DNA from: Candidatus Omnitrophota bacterium
Lineage (GTDB): Bacteria; Omnitrophota; Gorgyraeia; Duberdicusellales; 4484-171
Direction of reading: 5' to 3'
Assembly: GCA_037146775.1 (NCBI GenBank)
Contig: JBAWWL010000003.1
Coordinates: 133,956-197,955 of the forward strand
DNA: 64,000 nt
The notes under the pieces are model-generated. The model saw only the letters and a list, made by a program, of their open reading frames with translations, ran no database searches and had not been told where the DNA came from. The position numbers and the translations under genes are program-made. Positions 47,283-57,158 of the stretch are shown here, in pieces. Position 1 is the stretch's first letter; each line of letters begins with the position of its first letter.

Positions 47283-47681
47283 ATGAAGAAAAAGATAGTG
47301 TTTATAGCCTTTATTTTCTTGTGTTCTTCTCTTATATGCGTGAGTTCCTTTGCGAAGTATGCAGAATTAGTAGGTAAAAGGGCAGAGATCCACGGGCCTT
47401 ATTGCTGGGATACTCTGGGCGTAGCGCTAAGCGAAGAACATTTTGCTTTAATGCGCTCGGCACTTGAGACTAAGGATGAAAAGCTTTTTTCGGAAGTTCT
47501 TAAGTGCTATAACATCTTGCGTATTGAGAAAAATACCAAAGTATTTGTGTTATACACCGAAACGCTTGCCCGCCGGGCGCAAGTGGTAATCCTTACCGGT
47601 ATATATAGAGGTATGTCGGGGTGGATTCCGCTCGAGTGGCTCGACGGTAACAACAAAGTATCTTCTTTCCGCGACAGTTAA
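47283..47681 (+). CDS. Hypothetical secreted protein (SH3-like tail possible)
   Basis: Signal peptide ending SFA; C-terminal VVILTG..GMSGWIPLEWL. Confidence 0.7.
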   Translation: MKKKIVFIAFIFLCSSLICVSSFAKYAELVGKRAEIHGPYCWDTLGVALSEEHFALMRSALETKDEKLFSEVLKCYNILRIEKNTKVFVLYTETLARRAQVVILTGIYRGMSGWIPLEWLDGNNKVSSFRDS

Positions 47682-47685
47682 TCTC

Positions 47686-47754
47686 ACAGCGCCTGTATTT
47701 TAAGAAAGCAGCATAACAGTGTGTTTCTTAAGCCAGGCGCTGTTTTTATTTTTT
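47686..47754 (+). terminator. Long hairpin with T tract
   Basis: ACAGCGCCTG/CAGGCGCTGT plus TTAAGAAA/TTTCTTAA stems, followed by TTTTATTTTTT. Confidence 0.65.
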
Positions 47755-47893
47755 GACCGGTTACTCCGGCGTTTGGGTACTGAAAGCCAAAAACTATCCT
47801 TCCGCGTCACCTCCCATAAAAAAAATGAAAAAGCTAATTTAGCTTCTCGTCGTTTTAATTAATGGTATAATAAACCAATCATTACACACTACC

Positions 47894-49045
47894 ATGCGGT
47901 ATATCTATAAAAAAATATTTGTGTGCACTATTCTTTTCTATTTTTTTACTGCCAACACTTACACTCAAACTACCAAAAACCCCTTCTTTGACAAGGCAAA
48001 AGATTATTACGAAAAGCAGATGTATCTTCAGGCGATTTCTGAGTTTACCAGGGCATTGCAGCTGGAACCGAACAGCGCCGAGCTCTATTATTGGCGCGGC
48101 CGTTGTTTTGTTGAGGAGCGCAATTATGGGCATGCCTTCAGCGATTTTGATAAGGCTTTAATGCTTAACCCTCGTTTTTTCGAAGTCTATAATGCCCGAG
48201 GGGTGGTTTATCTGCGAGCGGAAGCTTTTGAACAGGCGATTGCTGATTTCAATAAAGCCATCGCGATAAATCCCGAGTATGTCGACGCGTATAACAACCG
48301 AGGATTTGTCTATGCGAAGAAAGGTAATTTTGAGCTCGCCATTATCGATTTTAATAATGCAATTAGAATTAATCCTTATAGTGCCGATGTGTATTATAAT
48401 CGGGGTTTTGTCTTTGCGCAAAAAGGCGACTTAAGCCAGGTAATCACATATTTAAATAAGGTAATAGAACTCAATTCCGCGTATGCGCCTGCTTACTATA
48501 ACCGGGGACTTGCGCATGCTAAACGGGGCAATCTTGACCGGGCTATCCGCGATTTTAATGAGGCGGTAAATATCGACCCCTACTACGCCGAAGCTTACTA
48601 TAACCGTGCGGTTGCATACGCCGAAAAAGGTAATTACGATGAAGCCATCGCTGATTATGATAAAACGCTCCAGCTTAATCCGGATCTTACCCAAGCCAAG
48701 GATAATAAAGTGTTAGCTCAAACCAAACGGGACAATCTCACCAAGGCTATTGACCAGTTCGATAATTTAATACAGAAGAATCCCCAATATGTACAAGCTT
48801 ACTATAACCGTGGCGTCGCGTATCTAAAGAAAGGTAATTTTAAGCACGCCATTGAAGACTTTGATAGAGCATTGTTTTTGAGTCCTAAGGAGCCGTTGGT
48901 GTATCGCGAGCGCGCAATTGCGTTTTTTTATATCCAGAATTACGATGACGCCTGGCAAGATGTGCGTAAGGCTAAAACATTAGGAGCGGCAATAAGCTCT
49001 ATATTTCTAGAAGAACTTCAAGAGGCTTCCGGGAAGCAAGAATAG
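47894..49045 (+). CDS. Secreted TPR-repeat protein
   Basis: About 9 canonical TPRs (AYYNRG..Y...G....AI.DF..A....P) after a signal-like N-terminus. Confidence 0.92.
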   Translation: MRYIYKKIFVCTILFYFFTANTYTQTTKNPFFDKAKDYYEKQMYLQAISEFTRALQLEPNSAELYYWRGRCFVEERNYGHAFSDFDKALMLNPRFFEVYNARGVVYLRAEAFEQAIADFNKAIAINPEYVDAYNNRGFVYAKKGNFELAIIDFNNAIRINPYSADVYYNRGFVFAQKGDLSQVITYLNKVIELNSAYAPAYYNRGLAHAKRGNLDRAIRDFNEAVNIDPYYAEAYYNRAVAYAEKGNYDEAIADYDKTLQLNPDLTQAKDNKVLAQTKRDNLTKAIDQFDNLIQKNPQYVQAYYNRGVAYLKKGNFKHAIEDFDRALFLSPKEPLVYRERAIAFFYIQNYDDAWQDVRKAKTLGAAISSIFLEELQEASGKQE

Positions 49046-49078
49046 CCATAAATCTGCATATATAAAAAGGAGGTGCGT

Positions 49079-49480
49079 ATGAAAATATTAGTGTGTCTAT
49101 GTGCACTAACCATGGCTTGTTTATCTTTGTCCTATACTCTTTCGGCAGCCGATACTGCTGACGGAGGAGACTGGAAATTGTTCGGCAGATATATAGAAGC
49201 CAATCGTATGCGGGCATTTTTTGTGCAAGGTATTTACGAAGGCGCATTAGCGATGAATCAGGCGAAGGCGCGCGAGGTTTTTTATTATACCGATTATACT
49301 ACACTTGCTTCGGCTGTGAGCGAGTTTTATAGCGATGACGACGATAATGCCGATATCCCCGTCACGCACGCTCTATATATTGTTTCTATGCGCATGAAAG
49401 GAAAATCAAAAGACGCGGTCGACGATATGATTAAAAAATTCAGAGGCGGTCTACGTTTAGAGTTTTTAGCCAAACAATAA
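49079..49480 (+). CDS. Hypothetical secreted protein
   Basis: SD AAGGAGGTG, signal peptide, helical domain (FFVQGIYEG...FYSD...IPV). Confidence 0.75.
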   Translation: MKILVCLCALTMACLSLSYTLSAADTADGGDWKLFGRYIEANRMRAFFVQGIYEGALAMNQAKAREVFYYTDYTTLASAVSEFYSDDDDNADIPVTHALYIVSMRMKGKSKDAVDDMIKKFRGGLRLEFLAKQ

Positions 49481-51447
49481 TGTCGCCAAACTTACTCACT
49501 ACTTTCTTTATCTTTCTGTGTGCCGGGGCCATGCCCTGCACGCTTTTTGCCGAAACGATCCTGCTTAAGTCCGGTAAAGTCATCGAGGGCAAAATTCTCG
49601 AACAGAGCCCCGCGGGCATAAAAATAGACTTTGCCGGCGTGACGCTTTTCTACTATACCGAGGAAGTTCAGGCTATCGACGGTAAATCTGTATCTTCGGC
49701 TATCCAGCAGACAGGTATACAGGCCGTATCTTCGGATAAAAAGTTTTTTGCTCAGAATATCGAAGCCGCACTAAAAACCACCAAGAGGATACATGTTATA
49801 TCTAACGAAGCATTGCATGTGTCGGAGGCTGTTTCTTCCGCTTCAGAATATATCGTTGATATTGATTTTACTAATAAAATAATGAAAATTAGCTCGCACA
49901 TACGCACGCTGACTTTGCCCACGCACATTCTTGAATTCTACAAGAAATTGATATTACAAAATCAGCTCGCACAAGCACGTAAAAAGGGATTATCAGAGCA
50001 GAAACAGAAAGAACTGCGGGATGCATTTGAATTGAAATTCAAAGAGATCGTTGAGGTATTCAAAACAAAGATAGAAAAATTACAAAATACCATTATTGAT
50101 ATGTATGTATTCCAGGACTCGTTAGTATTGAATGTGGCAGATAAGTGGGCAAAAATCAAAGATCCTTCGTTCCTGCGTTTTTGGAGTGAAGCGTCATTCT
50201 CTTCCGCCGTCCAAGACCCCCTGGTATTAAGCGACAGCTTGCGTACCATAACAAATCTTGATATAAAGAATTTATTGCCCTTAAGCTTGTTGCGAGAGGA
50301 AGCCGCCTTTACTGTCAGCGACAGCAATATGTCGGTGGAAGATTGCTATGTTCTGGATGTAGATCAAAAGGTCGTCGAAGATAAGATGAAAAAAAGTTTT
50401 TTGATGTCAGTGTCGGAAAAAACGCAGCACCGCCAACTCCAGCCAGAATTAGTATTTGATGCCGCAACGGTTAGATTTTTCATTTCCAAGAAAAATTTCT
50501 TGCCGTTACGCTACGAAGCACAAACTCAGTTTGCGGCAGTTACCAAGGAATTCGTGGCGGTGCGCAAGCAGGACATGTCATTTGAAATCACATCGGATTT
50601 TAGCTATCCCAGCGAATCGCTTGTTTTACCGCAAGAGGCACAAACCGCCATAGTTGTTTCAAGTCCCATGGAAGCGCTTAATAAAGTTACGGGTGATTTA
50701 TTCAAGCTGGATGCGCCGGCCATCGAAGCTCTCAGTCGGGGGGATAAGTTAGCCGATGAAGGTAAATACGATCTAGCTATCACCGAATATAAATCCGCGC
50801 TTGCACAAGTACCGGAAGGCTCGATAGATAAAGTTTTCATCTTGAATCAATTGGGTTATATGTATCGAAACATGGAAGAATTTGACCAGGCGCTTGCGAC
50901 CTTTCAACAAGGGTTAGATAGTGTTGGCAAATTACGGTTGACACATTCTCCCGTTACGGAATTTATTGCGCGTTTGGATAAAATCGAAGCTACCCTGCAT
51001 TATCATGTTGGCGATGTGTATATGGCAACCGGCAAATTTTCCCAGGCTCTCGCCGCGTTCGATAAAGCAATCGCTTTACATCCGCTCGTAGACGCCTACC
51101 AGAATAAAGCCGTGGTATACAGGCTTATGGGCAAATATAAAGAATCCATCGAGGCATGCAAGGAAACGTTGAAAGTAGATCCAAGTTTTGGTAAAGCTTA
51201 TTCAAGTATGGGTTGGGCTTATGGGTCGCTTGGTGATTTTAAAAATGAAATAGAATGTCAGAAGGAGGCTATTAAGCGTTGGCCAAACTTTATGTTTGCT
51301 TATTATCGGCTGGGGGAAGCTTATGAGCGTCTCGGAGACAACGCTGCGGCCGCGAAAACTTACGAAACCGCCTTGGCGGTAGAGCCTGATAATATGTCGT
51401 TGCGTCAGGCTTTGCAGAAAGTAAACTCAAAGTTTGGAAAAGAATAG
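49480..51447 (+). CDS. Secreted TPR protein with N-terminal LKSGK module
   Basis: Signal peptide ending LFA; ETILLKSGKVIEGKILE; C-terminal TPRs. Confidence 0.85.
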   Translation: MSPNLLTTFFIFLCAGAMPCTLFAETILLKSGKVIEGKILEQSPAGIKIDFAGVTLFYYTEEVQAIDGKSVSSAIQQTGIQAVSSDKKFFAQNIEAALKTTKRIHVISNEALHVSEAVSSASEYIVDIDFTNKIMKISSHIRTLTLPTHILEFYKKLILQNQLAQARKKGLSEQKQKELRDAFELKFKEIVEVFKTKIEKLQNTIIDMYVFQDSLVLNVADKWAKIKDPSFLRFWSEASFSSAVQDPLVLSDSLRTITNLDIKNLLPLSLLREEAAFTVSDSNMSVEDCYVLDVDQKVVEDKMKKSFLMSVSEKTQHRQLQPELVFDAATVRFFISKKNFLPLRYEAQTQFAAVTKEFVAVRKQDMSFEITSDFSYPSESLVLPQEAQTAIVVSSPMEALNKVTGDLFKLDAPAIEALSRGDKLADEGKYDLAITEYKSALAQVPEGSIDKVFILNQLGYMYRNMEEFDQALATFQQGLDSVGKLRLTHSPVTEFIARLDKIEATLHYHVGDVYMATGKFSQALAAFDKAIALHPLVDAYQNKAVVYRLMGKYKESIEACKETLKVDPSFGKAYSSMGWAYGSLGDFKNEIECQKEAIKRWPNFMFAYYRLGEAYERLGDNAAAAKTYETALAVEPDNMSLRQALQKVNSKFGKE

Positions 51448-51545
51448 AATCTTTTAGCCTGCGCCGGTTTAAAACAGAATTTCCGGCAAAACGACTACCA
51501 AGAAATTATTTTACTTCAACCATATCGCAAGCGAATTATGTTATT

Positions 51546-53705
51546 ATGTTCCAGCGATTGATATATACTGGTCGATATGTGTGCTTCTTTGTGTGCAGCA
51601 TGATGGGTATCTCTCCCGCGTTTAGTCAAGTATCCAGCGTGACGGTACCTATCCAGGAGGACACTATGGTTAGAGATATCCAGCGTACCATCGCTGTTTT
51701 ATCCAACACTCACACGCATCTTTCGCCAAGCCATGTTGGGCATCCAGGTTATGGAGATCTTGCTTTTCTCTACGATAAAGCCGTGGACGCACTTGTTTTA
51801 AAGGCAGGAGGATATCAAAAAGAAGCCCAAGCCATTCTTGATTATTTTGCAGCCCGCCTGAAGATTCCTTTCGAGGAAATACGTATGCATGCTGATACGA
51901 ATGATACTTACGGAATTATAAAGATTTTTTCTCCATTTTCAGCCTCCGGCATGCCCACCAAAGCATTAATGAATGCTTTGGATATTACCTCAAACCGCAG
52001 GCAGGGGAAAGCTACCCTTGAATTTTTTACCACACCTGGACCGACCTCATTTCTTATCTTTGCTTTTCTTCAGGTCAACCCAGATATTTATAAAAACGAG
52101 GCGCTGCTGCTAGGAGAGGTTTTACTGGCGATGCAAAACGCAGACGGAGGTATCCGGGATGGTGACCGGTCGCCGGAGAAGGTTCATACCGAACCGCACA
52201 TGGATAGTTATGCCGCATTCATGATGCTGTATCAAATAAGCGGGGATAGTAAATGGGAAATAGCCGCTCATAGAGCTCTTGAGTGGTTTAACGCAAACGT
52301 GTATCATCCCAATGAGGCGGCAATCGATCAAGGTGTGTGGGCACACGCTCCTAATCAGGCGTTTGCTACCGACGCCTACTCCTGGACTATGGCCGGCCCC
52401 TTGGGTGACACGATTTCTCCCGAGATGCTTAAGCGTTTGAGCGAGCGGATGCTTGAAGAGAGTTTAACAAAAATCACCCTTCCGGTTCCTGACGGTACCG
52501 TAAGAACTGTAACGCTCTGTGATTTTAGTAACCCTGAAAGCCAGGTCGTAAAAAATATACGCCAGGGATTCCATCCGATGGGTTCGGTAGAATGGACTGC
52601 GGGGGTAATTCTTGCCCTGCAAAAGAACGCGGTGAGGTTTTGGAATACCGGCGATCGCAAGGCCGCCAGTTTCTATAAAGCCATTGCTCAGATACTTTCT
52701 GGCGAAACAAAAAAATGTTTTTATCGGCTCGATAATACATATATGACATTTTATGCCACAGGCCAGGGTGTCTGCGTTGGCCCTTTCGGTTCAATCTCGG
52801 GGGTAAGTATAGAGGGTTGGAAGACGCCATTTTTCTATGTAAAAAGTAAAGATAACCAGGTGCTGATAAAGGGTGGGAGTTGCGTGGGCGCCTGGATCAT
52901 CCTGCCACATCTTGGCTTCAACCCGTTTATTCTCAATGACCGGTACCATGAAACGTACGGGAAAATACCGCTGACACAAGAAACAACGGATCAGGCTAAA
53001 ATATTTGTAGATAAAATCGCAAGCAAACGTTTTTTTACCGAGGGTGTTATCCGCGAAGCGCCCAGCCCCGACAGCCAGATCGTCGAGCCGGCTTTGTTTA
53101 ATGAAAAAATGTGGGATGCCTTAGAAAAAGGATATGCTCAGCGTACAAGAGGTGATTACGTAAAGGCAGAAATATATTTTCAAAAAGCAGCTTTTTGGGC
53201 ACATAAGGTTGTGGATAATTCGGCTTGGTGCCAGCGCGCGCGGGCCGACAATGCACAGAAAGAAAAAGAAATCGGCGGTATTGTTTCATATCCGTGGGGC
53301 GCTGTCTATCGAGATAATGATCACCCGTTGCATTATGCGGTATTGAGATACCCTTTATTAAACGAAGTTGCTGCTGCGATGTGGGCTTTGGCCACGGTTA
53401 ATTTCGAGCTAGGCCATCCGGAAGAAACAAAATATTGGATTCGGCGTATCATCGATGAGGTTTCTCTGCATCAGATCGCGGATATTAAAAAAGACGGCCA
53501 ACAGGAGGCGCCTGATTTAATCCAGGGATATTGGAATGCGCTTGTTTCTTGGGAAGATAACCCTGGTGGATACGAGCGGGACAAGAAAATCGGCGTGCTT
53601 TATCGGGAAGTATTGCGGGAGAAAAAACTTTCTGGTGCCAAGCCAAAAACAGTAATAGTTCCTGATTTTGTCACAAGAGCCCCCGGGGTTGGGGATCGGC
53701 AGTAA
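51546..53705 (+). CDS. Secreted (alpha/alpha)6 glycosidase-like protein with helical C-terminal domain
   Basis: Signal peptide; LYDKA, HTEPHMDSYAAF, ATDAYSW, SVEWTAGV resemble six-hairpin glycosidase motifs; function inferred. Confidence 0.55.
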   Translation: MFQRLIYTGRYVCFFVCSMMGISPAFSQVSSVTVPIQEDTMVRDIQRTIAVLSNTHTHLSPSHVGHPGYGDLAFLYDKAVDALVLKAGGYQKEAQAILDYFAARLKIPFEEIRMHADTNDTYGIIKIFSPFSASGMPTKALMNALDITSNRRQGKATLEFFTTPGPTSFLIFAFLQVNPDIYKNEALLLGEVLLAMQNADGGIRDGDRSPEKVHTEPHMDSYAAFMMLYQISGDSKWEIAAHRALEWFNANVYHPNEAAIDQGVWAHAPNQAFATDAYSWTMAGPLGDTISPEMLKRLSERMLEESLTKITLPVPDGTVRTVTLCDFSNPESQVVKNIRQGFHPMGSVEWTAGVILALQKNAVRFWNTGDRKAASFYKAIAQILSGETKKCFYRLDNTYMTFYATGQGVCVGPFGSISGVSIEGWKTPFFYVKSKDNQVLIKGGSCVGAWIILPHLGFNPFILNDRYHETYGKIPLTQETTDQAKIFVDKIASKRFFTEGVIREAPSPDSQIVEPALFNEKMWDALEKGYAQRTRGDYVKAEIYFQKAAFWAHKVVDNSAWCQRARADNAQKEKEIGGIVSYPWGAVYRDNDHPLHYAVLRYPLLNEVAAAMWALATVNFELGHPEETKYWIRRIIDEVSLHQIADIKKDGQQEAPDLIQGYWNALVSWEDNPGGYERDKKIGVLYREVLREKKLSGAKPKTVIVPDFVTRAPGVGDRQ

Positions 53706-53754
53706 ACTTAAAAATGATTTGACAGAGATATCTCAGATGGTACATTGACAATTG

Positions 53755-54120
53755 ATGAGCGAGCGTCGGAAGAATATACGGATACATAAATCCCTGATTG
53801 TACGTTTCAAACTTCCCAAGGGTTATCTGGGTATGTCTTCGCGCAGCGACAATATCAGCGAAGACGGAATGCGTATGGGTGCCTTGCAACGGTTTGAGCC
53901 GGGAATGTCTTTGCAGCTAAATTTTAATCTGCAGGAGTATACGGACCCCGTTATCGTTAATGCAACGGTGGTATGGGTGGATTACAAAAAACAAAGTTAT
54001 TTTCCATTTGTCTTAGGTTTACGGTTTATTAATCTCGCTGATTCCGATCGCCCTCGCTTACGTGATTATATTAGCCATGTCGTTAGAGAAGAAAACCTTT
54101 CTATCTCTCCTGGCGCCTAG
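53755..54120 (+). CDS. PilZ domain protein
   Basis: ERRKNIR (RxxxR) and NISEDG (NxSxxG). Confidence 0.9.
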   Translation: MSERRKNIRIHKSLIVRFKLPKGYLGMSSRSDNISEDGMRMGALQRFEPGMSLQLNFNLQEYTDPVIVNATVVWVDYKKQSYFPFVLGLRFINLADSDRPRLRDYISHVVREENLSISPGA

Positions 54121-54479
54121 CGATTTTTCTATTCTCGTAAGACCTTCTTGAGCCGTTATGTACCCAGGTACATAACGAAGCCTGATTTTTAAACCGATCG
54201 TCAGGTGTCTCAATAGCGGTTTAAAAATAAAACCCTATCTTTAGTGTTGACCGCGCTTGGCCCGCGTATTATTATAATTTATAACGGTAAAATTGATTTA
54301 GAACCGATTGTCTCAGTTAAGAGGCAGCAATATTTAAGAGAGTAGAATTTTTATGTACGGTGTTATTTTTTAGTCTTTATTGCGAAAAGTATTTTCTTAT
54401 CAGTTTGACGGTTTAGCTTAAGAGGGCTTATTTACAAGGTTCTGCGGGCATAATATAATACCGTTAAGGGGAGGTAGTA

Positions 54480-54968
54480 ATGAAGAGCGAACGGCTACAA
54501 TATTTAATTAATGAATACAGACTTGTCCAAAAACGCTTATATGAGATCAGGGCTGATTATGAGCGTATGAAAATAACGTTTGAGATTCTTAAAGAGGTTG
54601 AGAAAGAGTTAGGTGAACGCGCGAAGCACGCATCTGATGGCGCAACCGGACAGTATTGGATGGACATTGCCGCCGGGTGTTTTACGGGTGATCAAGACCG
54701 GCCCAACGAAGCGGATTTTAATAAAGCAAAAGAAAAAGTAGAGAAGAACGAGAAATTAATTCTTTACTATGAAACAAAGCTAAATATGATTCGTAGGTTC
54801 TTAGGTGTCCGCGAGACAGACCTGTTTGAAAGCTTTCAGGAGAAAAACATTCTTATGGGAAGTGAGCAGTCTTCTTCGACGAATATGCGCAATGTTCTTC
54901 AGAAAACAGAAGAAGAAGACAAGCTTCGAGATGAACGCAAGAACGACGTTAATTTTAACAAAATGTAA
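54480..54968 (+). CDS. Hypothetical coiled-coil protein
   Basis: SD GGAGG, promoter TTTACA-17-TATAAT, heptad-like helices. Confidence 0.7.
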   Translation: MKSERLQYLINEYRLVQKRLYEIRADYERMKITFEILKEVEKELGERAKHASDGATGQYWMDIAAGCFTGDQDRPNEADFNKAKEKVEKNEKLILYYETKLNMIRRFLGVRETDLFESFQEKNILMGSEQSSSTNMRNVLQKTEEEDKLRDERKNDVNFNKM

Positions 54969-54981
54969 GCTTGGGGAGGCC

Positions 54982-55317
54982 ATGGCTATCGAAAGGCATC
55001 TCACGAAAAAGTATCGGTTTCGGCATGTCGGATGTGCACGCGTGTTGTCATTTATTGTTCTGTTATTGTTCTTACATTCGACCATGCAAGTTTATGCTGT
55101 TACTATTCCCGCCGCCTTAGAAAAACTCGGGTTTACCGAAGATGATCTTTTGAATTATCGCCGTCAGGATGAGCAAGAGTTTTTTACTTTTTCCGATAAA
55201 CGGACTCGCGAGAGGCAGGACGTTATTACTTTTGTAATCGAAAATGGTGAAATTATTGCCTATCCGAACCCGATGGTCGAGAAGAAAGAGGATAAACGCG
55301 ATAGCCTAGATATGTAA
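54982..55317 (+). CDS. Small secreted protein, paralog of 57575-57859
   Basis: SD GGAGG before ATG 54982; IPAALEKLGFT...EFFTF...ITFVIENG. Confidence 0.75.
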   Translation: MAIERHLTKKYRFRHVGCARVLSFIVLLLFLHSTMQVYAVTIPAALEKLGFTEDDLLNYRRQDEQEFFTFSDKRTRERQDVITFVIENGEIIAYPNPMVEKKEDKRDSLDM

Positions 55318-55497
55318 AAAAGCACTCCCTTAATGCAAGCGTATTATAGCTGCCAAAACGATCTTCGTCCGTTTTCCCATAAAACCTGCGGTGTTATTTG
55401 AGGTTTTTGTCTATCATCCATTCGGTTTTAATGGAGTAGGCAGGTACAAAAAACTTTATAATATTGGAAAAAAATAAGAGGCTATTTTTGAGCAGGA

Positions 55498-55680
55498 TTA
55501 TCTTTCGTCGGTAGCCTCATCGACAGACTGACCTTTTTTAAGCGGGGATCCTTCCTGGAGCGTATTTTCTTTTTCGTAGGTTTGGCAACTTTTAGAAGCG
55601 AACGAGAGAACGGCGAGTAACACAATTACAAGGATTATTACAAAGAAATAAGGGTATATCGTTACGTTTTTAATTTTCAT
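55498..55680 (-). CDS. Small single-TM protein
   Basis: TTGACA-16-TATAAT ending 7 nt before the ATG; hydrophobic FFVIILVIVLLAVLSF. Confidence 0.6.
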   Translation of the reverse strand: MKIKNVTIYPYFFVIILVIVLLAVLSFASKSCQTYEKENTLQEGSPLKKGQSVDEATDER

Positions 55681-55888
55681 ATACCAGATTATATCAAACA
55701 TACATTTTTTGTCAAAATATATCAATTTTATGACTGCGCGGTACCTGGCAGGGCGGCAGTTTATTAAACTGCTATAATTTTAATAAGGGGAATGGTATAA
55801 TTAAAAAGTACGTACATGATAATCACGATTTCATTATTAAACTACAGCGTCTTTAATTTTATTCTTGGCCGAAACGATTATTTTTAAA

Positions 55889-56314
55889 ATGAGTTTATTA
55901 AAAAAAATAGCATGGTTGGTTCTGGGGGTAATTTTTGTCCCGCTGGCTATGTTCCTGCTTTTACTGATAGTGCGTACTTTTTTCCCCACGCTGCGGTATG
56001 CGGCAGAACAGGTATTTTTGGTAATATGGATCGGTGTGCTAAGCGCTACAATTCTTTTAGCAATAATTGTTAGGAAGAAAAAAGAATCGTTTTCAAACGG
56101 ATTATTGGTTTCGGCAGCCATCGCCCTCATCGTAAGTTTCGTGGCCTTGCTTTTGCATGTATACAATTATACAAAACTGAATTATCTAAAAGTGGAGAAT
56201 GAGAGTCTTATGTTAAAAACTAAAAGTCTAAAAGAAGAAATATCCGGCTACAAGAAAAGAATTAAAGAATACGAAGAAAATTCTGACTTGCGAAGAAAGC
56301 TTCCGGGTGATTGA
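55889..56314 (+). CDS. Hypothetical membrane protein (3 TM + coiled coil)
   Basis: Three hydrophobic helices followed by a charged heptad tail. Confidence 0.7.
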   Translation: MSLLKKIAWLVLGVIFVPLAMFLLLLIVRTFFPTLRYAAEQVFLVIWIGVLSATILLAIIVRKKKESFSNGLLVSAAIALIVSFVALLLHVYNYTKLNYLKVENESLMLKTKSLKEEISGYKKRIKEYEENSDLRRKLPGD

Positions 56315-56707
56315 GGTCTTTGGCCGGGTGAGCGATGCATTCTTGATGCGTTCGTTGGTGCGTTCCTTCGGCAGGCTCAGGACGCTCAAGTAATGTCGGA
56401 GCGAAACCACGCCTTTTAAGGCGCGAAACATACGCTCGCCGCTTGGTATGGTTTCGGCTATGGCTCAGCCAAGTGCCCAGTCTCCCGTGCAAACCCCTGG
56501 ATTAAAACTTGGGGAAAGTCGAATGGGTTGATTTTTCTTTCTTGACCAATCTTTACTATGGCAGTATTATTTTTTCGATCGCTTACGAAAACAGATCGGT
56601 AGGAAAATTTTATATCAGTCAGGTATGATCCGGACGGCGGTTTTATAATTCTTGAAAATAAGCTTCTATAGGAGTAATTTCTTCTAACTTTTAAGGAGGG
56701 TATTGCG

Positions 56708-57019
56708 ATGAGAAAAGCCAAAATTTTAGGTTCATTGGCCGTGATTATGTTGTTTTGTCCGCTCGTCATTTTTGCCCAAAGTTCCGGAGAAAAAAATGAG
56801 CCTGTGATGGGGGATGTTAAAAAAGACAAGCAGATAGAGAAAGAACGTATGATTGGTATGGCGATGAATATGTTGGGGATGATGCAAAAACAAATAGTCG
56901 CTACCGGTGACGGCGGAGCTATTGTTTTATTGGGTAATAAACTTCTCAAATATGATAAAGATTTAAACCTTATAAAGGTAGTTGAATTAAAGGCCGACGT
57001 TGCGCCTGTGCAGAAATGA
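56708..57019 (+). CDS. Hypothetical secreted protein
   Basis: SD AAGGAGG; signal peptide; Met-rich segment; IVATGDGG...KLLKYDKDLNL. Confidence 0.78.
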   Translation: MRKAKILGSLAVIMLFCPLVIFAQSSGEKNEPVMGDVKKDKQIEKERMIGMAMNMLGMMQKQIVATGDGGAIVLLGNKLLKYDKDLNLIKVVELKADVAPVQK

Positions 57020-57158
57020 TGAAAACCAAAGCCGAAATTAGGCAAAAGGAAAAAAGAGTAATATTGGCTCTTTCTGCAGAAGGTTTTGATGGGTCTGCAA
57101 CCAGATTAAGACAATGCTCGCAGGGCGAGGTTATTTTTTAGCCATGGAGGTAGCCGAC

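Noticed and set aside
56458-57045. Long antisense/shadow ORFs (e.g. 56458-57045, 7006-7602, 44022-44591, 29091-29636)
   Set aside because: They overlap well-supported genes on the opposite strand and show no motifs or start signals
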